From Candidatus Desulfatibia sp. (GTDB taxonomy: Bacteria > Desulfobacterota > Desulfobacteria > Desulfobacterales > UBA11574), in the NCBI RefSeq assembly GCF_036446775.1, contig NZ_JAZFTO010000255.1, forward strand, positions 15,737 to 39,736: 24,000 nt of DNA. Direction: 5' to 3'. The notes under the pieces are model-generated. The model was not told the DNA's origin. It saw only the letters and a program-made list of their open reading frames with translations, and made no database searches. A program made the translations under genes and the position numbers. Each line of letters starts with the position of its first letter. Positions within the stretch are counted from its first letter, which is position 1. Positions 8,484-15,339 of the stretch are shown here, one piece after another.

Positions 8484-9131
8484 ATGGACGCAGAATTACC
8501 CGCAAGCCTGTTTTTACAGAAATCGGTACGTTGGCTATTTGTTTTTGTCTTGAGTGTTTGTGTGTCAATCCTGGCCCTCAACGCGAAATATGCTAATATT
8601 TCCACGGCAGAGACAAAAAAGGTGACAATTAAGATCAACACCCCCCCATCTGCAGCAAAAAATCTTGCTAAAACCCAGCCGGAATACAGGCCCAGGTCTG
8701 TTTTCGGCAAGAAAGGGGAACATTTATTACATCCGATTATACTGCAAACGGCCAATCGCTATCAGATGGACCCCGCCCTTGTGAATGCTATTGTGATGGC
8801 GGAGTCCGAATATAATCCCAGAGCGGTTTCCAAAAGAGGCGCCCGGGGCCTTATGCAGTTGATGCCCGCCACTGCTGCCGCCCTCGGCGTAAAAGATAGT
8901 TTCAACCCGGAGCAAAATCTTGACGGTGGCGTCAGATATTTTAAACAGCTTGTGAATCGGTTTGACGGAGACATTAAGCTGGCGCTGGCAGCTTACAATG
9001 CCGGCAGCCGAAAGGTCAGGCTTTATCGGGGAGTTCCGCCTTTTAAGGCTACCAAACGCTATATTAAAAAAGTGTTCTTATATTATCAAATCTACAAAGA
9101 TCATATGGCTGAAGCACCTGACAGAGTTTAA
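8484..9131 (+). CDS. Lytic transglycosylase domain protein (SLT/GH23) with N-terminal membrane anchor
   Basis: 215 aa with a hydrophobic N-terminus WLFVFVLSVCVSILAL. SLT motifs are VMAESEYNPRAVSKRGARGLMQLMP and AAYNAG. AAGG lies 7 nt before the ATG. Confidence 0.88.
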   Translation: MDAELPASLFLQKSVRWLFVFVLSVCVSILALNAKYANISTAETKKVTIKINTPPSAAKNLAKTQPEYRPRSVFGKKGEHLLHPIILQTANRYQMDPALVNAIVMAESEYNPRAVSKRGARGLMQLMPATAAALGVKDSFNPEQNLDGGVRYFKQLVNRFDGDIKLALAAYNAGSRKVRLYRGVPPFKATKRYIKKVFLYYQIYKDHMAEAPDRV

Positions 9132-9290
9132 TGCTGATGTTTAAGGCGCGACCTGCTTTTGTCTCTGATTTGGAATCATCACATCAAAATCTCTACCGGC
9201 AGTCCCCGCAACCCCCTTAAAGCTCAACACGAAAGCACCCAGAGTCGTCCCGGTGATTCCATGCATACAAACTTTTCTTGCTGTTTGAGC

Positions 9291-9319
9291 TTGTCTGTTT
9301 GGTATGATTCTTCTATAGT
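9291..9319 (+). promoter_or_regulatory. Candidate sigma70-type promoter for the flavoprotein gene
   Basis: TTGTCT - 17 nt - TATAGT, 72 nt upstream of ATG 9391. Identified by eye only. Confidence 0.35.
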
Positions 9320-9390
9320 AATGTCAACAGCAGATGAACCTGGTCAAAAAATGAAACATTCTATCAACCTTATCAAGGAGGACCAATCCC

Positions 9391-9969
9391 ATGAAAGTCG
9401 TAGCCTTTAACGGAAGTGCCCGGAAAAACGGCAACACAGCCATTCTTATCAACATAGTTTTAGGCGAGCTTGAGAAAGAAGGGATAGCAACAGAGCTGGT
9501 ACAATTTGCCGGCGAAAAAATACGAGGATGTCTAGCTTGCATGAAGTGCTGGGAAAATAAAGATCAGCGATGTTCAGTGAACAACGACATATTAAATGCT
9601 TGCATTGAAAAAATGATCGAGGCCGATGGTATTATTCTTGGTTCTCCCACATATTTCGCGAACGTCTCTACAGAGCTTAAGGCCTTAATTGATAGGGCCG
9701 GCATGACAAGCATCGCCAACGACAGGATGTTTAGCCGCAAAGTCGGCGCTGCCGTTGTTGCCGCTCGCCGTGCAGGGGCCCTCCATGTATTCAATTCCAT
9801 AAACCATTTCTTTTTCATTGGGCAGATGATTGTCCCCGGTTCCATTTATTGGAACATGGGTTTTGGCCTGGACAAGGGCGAGGTGGAAAAAGACGACGAA
9901 GGCCTTAATACCATGAAAAGCCTTGGTGAAAACATGGCTTGGATCTTAAAGAAAATTCACGGAAAATAA
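9391..9969 (+). CDS. NAD(P)H-dependent FMN reductase / iron-sulfur flavoprotein-like
   Basis: 192 aa with MKVVAFNGSARKNGNTA, a Cys cluster CLACMKCW..RC and GSPTYFANVS. A strong SD, AAGGAGG, lies 8 nt upstream. Confidence 0.85.
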   Translation: MKVVAFNGSARKNGNTAILINIVLGELEKEGIATELVQFAGEKIRGCLACMKCWENKDQRCSVNNDILNACIEKMIEADGIILGSPTYFANVSTELKALIDRAGMTSIANDRMFSRKVGAAVVAARRAGALHVFNSINHFFFIGQMIVPGSIYWNMGFGLDKGEVEKDDEGLNTMKSLGENMAWILKKIHGK

Positions 9970-10035
9970 ATAAAACTCAAGGATTTCTTTAAAACTGCCG
10001 ATATATTAGTTAGCACGAATTTTCTTGTTTTACAT

Positions 10036-10131
10036 TTTGCTGAAGGGCAAACCTTCCGAAAGGTTGGGACGCAAAGCTTCCGATCTAAGTCCGTTTTAAG
10101 CGGATAAGATAACGGGGTTGCTAAGCTAAAG
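10036..10131 (+). promoter_or_regulatory. c-di-GMP-I (GEMM-I) riboswitch aptamer
   Basis: The sequence GCUGAAGGGCAAACCUUCCGAAAGGUUGGGACGCAAAGCUUCCGAUCUAAGUCCGUUUUAAGCGGAUAAGAUAACGGGGUUGCUAAGC aligns block by block with the remembered Vibrio cholerae Vc2 aptamer. Shared blocks are GGGCAAACC, a GAAA-capped hairpin, GGGACGCAAAGC, UCCG..CUAA and ..ACGGGGUU. P3 pairs as CG-AUCU-aag-UCCG/CGGA-ua-AGAU-aa-CG. Confidence 0.85.
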
Positions 10132-10137
10132 AAATAG

Positions 10138-10170
10138 AAACCCGTTTCTACTCGGAAGCGGGTTTTTTAT
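10138..10170 (+). terminator. Intrinsic terminator forming the riboswitch expression platform
   Basis: AAACCCGTTTC / tactcg / GAAGCGGGTTT forms an 11-bp stem (one G-U pair), followed by a run of six T. It lies 7 nt after the aptamer and 92 nt before the cheD-like ATG. Confidence 0.8.
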
Positions 10171-10261
10171 TCAGATTGAGCAGTGTATACGATTCCAAGA
10201 AAAAAACTCGGCCATCCTCTTTGACCTTAATGCTGGGAAAGGCCCGGTTTTTAGTAAAAAA

Positions 10262-10831
10262 ATGGACAAAAAATTCCTTCAAATTAGTGAATATTATATA
10301 ACAAAAAAACCTATGCTGGTAGGAACGCTGCTGGGGTCATGTGTATCAATATGCCTGTACAATAAGTGCAACGGCCATGCGGCCATGAATCATTTTTTAA
10401 TGCCATCAGCTGTCAGAAAAGCAATGCAAAACAATCCCGGCAAATATGGAGAGAGTTCATGTGAAATGATCATTCGGTCTTTGATGAGCATTGACCCGGA
10501 TGCTTCTCATTATTCTGCCCAGATTTTTGGCGGTGGCAATATGTTTAGCCTGCGTAATTGCATAAGAGATATTGGGGAGCGAAATATAAAAATTGCCGAA
10601 CAGGTGCTGGCAAAACACAAGATACGTATTATTCGCCGAAAAACAGGTGGTACCAAGGGGATGAAAATTTTATTTAACACAGCTAAAAATCAAGTCGATT
10701 GTCGCAAATTAAGTGACACGAAAGATAGCAAAAGACTTCAAATACAATACGAGAAAGCCTTTAAAACGATAGAGGAGATTTTCCTGAAGCAGACTAACAG
10801 GTTCCCCAAAGACTATTTTGCAAAGTCATAG
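10262..10831 (+). CDS. cheD: CheD-like chemoreceptor glutamine deamidase, orphan, with about 30-aa C-terminal extension
   Basis: 189 aa. ISEYYITKKPMLVGTLLGSCVSICLYN..GHAAMNHFLMP..PGKYGE..AQIFGGGNMF..IGERNIKIA..TGGTKGMKILFNTAKNQV aligns with remembered T. maritima CheD. The catalytic Cys (LGSC) and His (NHFLMP) are kept. No other che genes are in the window. Confidence 0.82.
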   Translation: MDKKFLQISEYYITKKPMLVGTLLGSCVSICLYNKCNGHAAMNHFLMPSAVRKAMQNNPGKYGESSCEMIIRSLMSIDPDASHYSAQIFGGGNMFSLRNCIRDIGERNIKIAEQVLAKHKIRIIRRKTGGTKGMKILFNTAKNQVDCRKLSDTKDSKRLQIQYEKAFKTIEEIFLKQTNRFPKDYFAKS

Positions 10832-10866
10832 TTAGCTGAATGGTAACGGTGACAAATCTTGAATAG

Positions 10867-12234
10867 GTACGAGGTCGCGAGACCGTTAGCTATTAACCTG
10901 AAAGGAGATTATTATATCAGTTACCCTTATGGATATGTAGGCAGAGGGCGGGTTCGTGTGGTAACACACGGGCTGAACTTGCCCCGACACGGTACCGAGA
11001 CGGCTCGCAGAATATGCGGGTTTTATCCAGTCAGGGGTGCTGGCCAAAGCCGCAGGCCGTAGCGTTAAGCGAATGGTGCAGCCTCGTAAGATTTGATCGG
11101 GCGGCTATAGCTGGGCCTACGGCTCGGAGAGAGTCCGATTGAGGGATAAACCCTGCAAAGCAGGGATACGCGCCGATCCTCTCTAATCAGGGAGAAGGCC
11201 GGAGCTATCAGGGAAGCAAAGGGCATAAGCACCTGGTAGGGACCCGGGGTGTCGGAGTGGCCTGGAAGTGATGACGGGCAGAACAACATAACCTGCCTTG
11301 AGCGTGGGGCCATACTTCGACCGTGTTTAGGCAGTGAGTTGAAATGCGGAACAGGGGATAGATTTGATGGTGAGGATAATGTGCGGGTTTACGGGGCCCC
11401 CGCTTTAACAAAACCCAAGCGGCAGTCGTTGGGGAACGGTGCGACAACCGGGTAAAGAACTCGAACTGTCCCGAATCATCTTCGGTTTATACACCAGTTG
11501 CATTTCTCTCTGGTAACAGCAAGAAAGCATGCGTGCTCAAGGAGCTATTAACGTAGCGGAATAAAGTTTCTGACTTGCAGTCTAAACTGTCCCATGCAGC
11601 GAAGCAGTCGCTGGATAGGAGATTCGGGGCTTTTTACGATAAGATCTATCGTGAAGATGTTGTATTGGAGGCCTGGAAGCGCGTAAAGGCCAAAAGCAGT
11701 TCTGCGCAATATGGCCTTCAAAGCGTTCGATGGGACGCATCAAGCAGCGAGTACGCGAAGTGGTAGGGCGGCGTTATAGTCTATCGCTGGAAGAGTTGAT
11801 AAAGGAACTGACACCGGCAATAAAGGGTCGGAACAATTATCACAAGGCGACCAGAGCAGTGCTCAAGCGGCTTCGCAAGCTTAATGCGTTTGTCTGTGAA
11901 CGGCTACGAATATTCCTGAAGCGGAAGTACAGTGATCAATCGAGGGGCACCTGGAGAGTCCACGACAATTTAGTCGTTCGGCTGGGATTATACCAGTTCG
12001 GTTAATCATTGTAATTCAACGACAACGGTTACTGATAAACTCATGGCCTCCGGCTCGGAGAGCTTACGGCTCGGAGAGGCAAGGTCGTCGGAGAGTCGTA
12101 CCGGGGAAAACCCGACGTCCGGTTCGACGAGGGGACTAAGGGAAGGAAGGTATGGTAGTCGGACTGAAGCCTACCGGGAAACCGGTGGAACTGCCACCGA
12201 CGCCCATAGCCACTGCACCGAGGTTCTACTCTAC
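10867..12234 (+). mobile_element. Degenerate group II intron (boundaries tentative)
   Basis: It contains remnants of an intron-encoded RT/maturase (11575-12005). Roughly 450-700 nt of GC-rich, stop-riddled, helix-rich sequence lies upstream. A domain-V-like hairpin lies at 12093-12125: GAGUCGUACCGGG-GAAAA-CCCG-AC-GUCCGGUUC, with a 2-nt AC bulge and G-U pairs. The catalytic triad reads AGU rather than AGC, and there is one U-C mismatch. The candidate 5' ends GTACG (10867) and GTGCA (11076) and the 3' end ..CTAC (12234) are guesses. Confidence 0.7.
11575..12005 (+). pseudogene. Group II intron-encoded protein remnant with the RT domain deleted (N-terminal RT0 segment joined to the maturase/X region, frameshifted)
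   Basis: ORF 11575..11766 reads LQSKLSHAAKQSLDRRFGAFYDKIYREDVVLEAWKRVKAKSSSAQ, the typical IEP N-terminus up to the ..VKANxGxxGVDG point. In another frame from about 11709, PSKRSMGRIKQRVREVVGRRYSLSLEELIKELTPAIKGRNNYHK...RLRIFLKRKY..LGLYQF is the post-RT thumb/X region. The ~250 aa in between are missing. An in-frame stop at 11554 removes the usual N-terminal leader. Confidence 0.75.
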
Positions 12235-12389
12235 TGAATAGTGGCATCTTATTCACTATTCAAGACTCGACACCATTTATTTGCACCATTTATTTGCTGT
12301 TGCTATAGCATCTCGGTGAGGGTAATCACCTCAACTATCAAGCTTGCACGACCTTTCACGAAAAAATCCGCAAGTTAATCCCGTCTGGT

Positions 12390-12900
12390 TCATCCGTTGG
12401 TTGTGTGACATATGTGATTATTTATCCATTCTGAAAAGTTTATACGTGACATCTTTCCTGAGGCAAGCTCGAGCATGACACGCTCTTGTTCATCTACGCT
12501 GGAGATTATTTCATACCCATTCAAAAGACAAGAAACGTTTCCATAGCAGCATGCCCAACTCTTTTGTTCCCATCGACAGAGGGGTGATTCATAACCAAAG
12601 AAAAACATAGAGCAGCAGCTTTCGTAACTATATCAGGGTAAAGGTCTTTTTGATCAAATGTTTGACGAGGTTGGTTGACGGCTATTGCCAGGGCGGTTAA
12701 GAGGGCCTGGGGTCAAACCTTGATTCGTGATTAATATCATCAACAAATCATTGGTCTAATCAATATAACTATTTGCAATAAATTAACATAATGCACAATA
12801 ATCAATGATCAAGGTTTGACCCCATTCACTCACTTGTATTAAGGGGTTTTGGTGAAGCGCAGCGCAACCAAAATCCCTCTTAAATGATTTGTTAGGTCAT
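12390..12900 (-). pseudogene. doc: Doc (death-on-curing, Fic-fold) toxin pseudogene
   Basis: My reverse translation gives three pieces in different frames. (a) 12900-12825 reads ..AALHQNPLIQVSEWG. (b) 12707-12530 reads [63 protein letters not shown], with the Doc motif HxFxDGNKR present as HPSVDGNKR. (c) The C-terminal part of track ORF 12390..12608 reads [40 protein letters not shown]. There are frameshifts near 12530 and in the first 25 codons, and an insertion at 12708-12824. No antitoxin ORF lies upstream. Confidence 0.75.
12708..12824. mobile_element. 117-bp AT-rich element with 17-bp perfect terminal inverted repeats, inserted in the doc pseudogene (MITE-like)
   Basis: TGGGGTCAAACCTTGAT (12708-12724) and ATCAAGGTTTGACCCCA (12808-12824) are exact reverse complements. 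The interior is about 83 bp of AT-rich non-coding sequence. Doc homology resumes on both sides. No obvious target-site duplication. Confidence 0.55.
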
Positions 12901-12935
12901 GGGTTGCAATATTTTTTCTATGTTTGCAGTACAAG

Positions 12936-13277
12936 TTAGCTTCTTGGCCAATACATTATGATGCCAACGCCTATCAGGGCTACTCCACCACCGATAATGT
13001 CGAATCTATCTGGGATAATTCCATCTATTTTCCAACCCCATAGAATTGCTAAAACGATAAAAACACCGCCATACGCTGCATAAACGCGACCAAAATGAGT
13101 GGGCTGGAAAGTAGGGATTATTCCATAAAGAACCAAGATGATTGAGCCCACAAATGCATAGCTGATAGGTTTGCCTTCTCTCAGCCACAACCAAACAAGA
13201 TAGCCACCACCTATTTCAAAAAGACCGGCTAAAAGAAAGTAGCCGATCGATTTAATTATTCCTATTGTTTCCATCAT
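12936..13277 (-). CDS. ynfA: YnfA family inner-membrane protein (UPF0060)
   Basis: 113 aa with four hydrophobic segments. [16 protein letters not shown] and [20 protein letters not shown] match the E. coli YnfA pattern ([25 protein letters not shown]). Confidence 0.85.
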   Translation of the reverse strand: MMETIGIIKSIGYFLLAGLFEIGGGYLVWLWLREGKPISYAFVGSIILVLYGIIPTFQPTHFGRVYAAYGGVFIVLAILWGWKIDGIIPDRFDIIGGGVALIGVGIIMYWPRS

Positions 13278-13459
13278 GTCTTATTATTTTGACCTAAAAA
13301 GTGATTAAAGGGTTTTTTCTTTGATATTACATTTACCTTGTTTCTGGATAATATCCAATTTGTAATGTTATCCAGCAAAAGTCGAACATTAATTTCTGGA
13401 TCACTCCAACTCTTTTGGAGATGACCTTCATTTTATAGTTCCTCGTTGAAGGTTTGTTT

Positions 13460-13519
13460 CACGCAAAGACGCTAAGTTTTTATTACAAAACCATCTTTGG
13501 GCCTTTGCGCCTTTGCGGG
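13460..13519. repeat. Imperfect palindromic element made of repeated 8-mers (CCTTTGCG / CGCAAAG words)
   Basis: cacGCAAAGACGCTAAG (13460-13476) faces CTTTGGGCCTTTGCGCCTTTGCGgg (13495-13519), with 12 of 15 positions complementary and an 18-nt AT-rich loop. It lies just downstream of the lnt stop. No U-tract follows on the minus strand, so it is not a classical terminator. Confidence 0.6.
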
Positions 13520-13552
13520 CCAAATTTTCTTTTTCCGTATGGGACTTAGGGC

Positions 13553-15160
13553 TTATTGGTTAATCTCTTTGTTTTGCCGGGAAGCGTTGCGATGGCGAAT
13601 AATGGAATATATTGCTGCTGCCAGCGTTGCTGCCAGGCAGATCATGGCAAACAGATCTCCGAAGCGGGAATACCAGGTTGATATGTGCAGCAAGGGCATC
13701 GGGCGGGTTATAAAGGCATCCTCAAACAGCCGGGTGGAGGCGACGATCCTGCCGGCAGGATCTATAAAACCGCTGATGCCGGTATTGGCCGCTCTGATTA
13801 GGGCGCGCCGGTTTTCCACTGCCCGAAATATTGCCATGGAAAAATGCTGATAAGGAGCGCTCGATCTGCCATACCAGGCGTCATTGGTGATATTTACCAG
13901 CAGGGCCGCATTGTTTTGGGCCATCAATCTGGAAAGCTTGGGAAAAATTATTTCATAACAGATCTGTATCCCTATGTTGTAATCTTTCCACCCAATTGTT
14001 TGGCCTTGTTTGCCCGGGCGAAAATCTCCCACCCCTTCAACCATTTTATTTATAAACGGCAGCCATTTATGCAGGGGAACGTATTCTCCAAATGGAACCA
14101 GATGAGCTTTGTCATAACGCCCGTATACCTTTGGCCCGGGCCCGATCAGGTAAGCGCTATTATAATACTCGACACTGTTTTTCCCGGGACGAAATGAAGG
14201 GCTGCCGAACAGCAAGTCTGCCCCGGTATCTTGAACCCCTTTTATAACCAATTGCGAAAGCTTGGTATTTTGTAAAAAATAAAAAGGTGCGGCGGTTTCA
14301 GGCCACACAACAAGATCCGGCCGGTCTGCTTTCGATTGCATGGACAGGTTAATATATTTCAGGGTCGAAACTTGCTGAAAAGCCGGGTCCCACTTGATAG
14401 CCTGGTCTATATTTCCCTGGATAATTGCAATCCTGGCCACAGGGGCATTGGATGACACGGCGTCGACAGCTTGTATGCGCCATGTTCCATACAACCAAAC
14501 CAGGCCGAAGATTGTGACGAAAGCAAATAACGATCCTGTGGCCAGGCGCCTGGTAACCATCTTTGCCTGCCAGCCTTGTTTCGTTAAAGCTAAAAATAGC
14601 ATAAAAAGTGCTGCATTCCCCAATACAATACAAAAAGACACACCATAAACTCCAACCATATCGGCTATCTGTATTATCGGCAGCACTTTAAATTGAGAGT
14701 ACCCAAGCAGCTCCCAGGGGAATCCTGTGAAAAGAAATGTACGCACATATTCCAAAGCAACCCAGACACACGGCGCCAAAGCAAAAAAAGTGAGGGGCGT
14801 TGTGAACAGCCGGTTTATAATAAAGCAAAAAGCAGCCATGTACAGCGCAAGGTAGGCGGACAGCAGGAAAAGAACGGGCAGGCTTAAGTACAAGGGAAGA
14901 TGTCCATATGTTTGCATGGTAGGCACCAGCCAGTAAATTAGGGTAAGATAATGTGCCAGGCCCGCGCCGAAGCCCAGAACAAATCCGTTTTTAGGTGAAA
15001 GGTTTCTTAAAGCAGCCAGCATAGGAACAAGGGCGAACCAGGCCAGCCAGAACAGCTCCGCCTTGGGGAAGGAGAGCGTCAGCAGGAAACCGCTCAATGC
15101 AGCGAAAAAGAGTTTCTGTCTGGTGATTTTTTCGGTGATCAATGTTTTGTTAAGTTTCAT
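13553..15160 (-). CDS. lnt: Apolipoprotein N-acyltransferase
   Basis: Track ORF 13553..15676 was trimmed to ATG 15160 (MKLNKTLITEKITRQKLFFAALSGFLLTLSFP..), giving 535 aa. It has multiple N-terminal TM helices and a C-terminal nitrilase-type CN-hydrolase domain (VVWPETAAPF, ICYEIIFP). The longer ORF overlaps the transporter gene. Confidence 0.9.
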   Translation of the reverse strand: MKLNKTLITEKITRQKLFFAALSGFLLTLSFPKAELFWLAWFALVPMLAALRNLSPKNGFVLGFGAGLAHYLTLIYWLVPTMQTYGHLPLYLSLPVLFLLSAYLALYMAAFCFIINRLFTTPLTFFALAPCVWVALEYVRTFLFTGFPWELLGYSQFKVLPIIQIADMVGVYGVSFCIVLGNAALFMLFLALTKQGWQAKMVTRRLATGSLFAFVTIFGLVWLYGTWRIQAVDAVSSNAPVARIAIIQGNIDQAIKWDPAFQQVSTLKYINLSMQSKADRPDLVVWPETAAPFYFLQNTKLSQLVIKGVQDTGADLLFGSPSFRPGKNSVEYYNSAYLIGPGPKVYGRYDKAHLVPFGEYVPLHKWLPFINKMVEGVGDFRPGKQGQTIGWKDYNIGIQICYEIIFPKLSRLMAQNNAALLVNITNDAWYGRSSAPYQHFSMAIFRAVENRRALIRAANTGISGFIDPAGRIVASTRLFEDAFITRPMPLLHISTWYSRFGDLFAMICLAATLAAAIYSIIRHRNASRQNKEINQ

Positions 15161-15312
15161 GCAAATGAATCCCGCTGAAGGCGAGCTGAGAAATTCAAGA
15201 TAGTAGTACCAAAACGGAAGACGTTTGTACAGGTCATATAAAATTGTAGGCTTGTTAAAAATGAATTGTTTATCGTATATAACGCGCAACATGCAACGCG
15301 TAACCCGCAACC

Positions 15313-15339
15313 ACCCAATTGAGTCGGACTCAATTGGGT
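15313..15339 (-). other. Perfect 11-bp hairpin abutting the transporter stop codon
   Basis: ACCCAATTGAG tcgga CTCAATTGGGT lies immediately next to the TAA at 15340-15342. The following minus-strand sequence is GGTTGCGGGTTACGCG, not a U-tract. Confidence 0.5.

Noticed and set aside
9159-9410. An 83-aa ORF in the spacer upstream of the flavoprotein gene.
   Set aside because: It has no SD, an implausible composition and runs into the well-supported ATG 9391 gene. The region more likely holds that gene's promoter.
11011-11391. The 14-15-nt similarity between AATATGCGGGTTTTA (11011) and AATGTGCGGGTTTA (11378), considered as evidence for two intron 5' ends (twintron or tandem partial copies).
   Set aside because: Similarity does not extend beyond the short word. 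A start at 11381 would leave under 200 nt for domains I-III.
10859-11455. Four ORFs of 67-82 aa on both strands (10859..11062, 11065..11313, 11208..11447, 11249..11455).
   Set aside because: They lie in the structured RNA part of the group II intron, overlap each other and translate to Arg/Pro/Gly-rich strings. The same holds for 12041..12256 and 12043..12237.
12119-12127. GGTTCGA, resembling a tRNA T-arm.
   Set aside because: No acceptor, D or anticodon arms can be drawn around it. It is the 3' strand of the domain-V-like hairpin.
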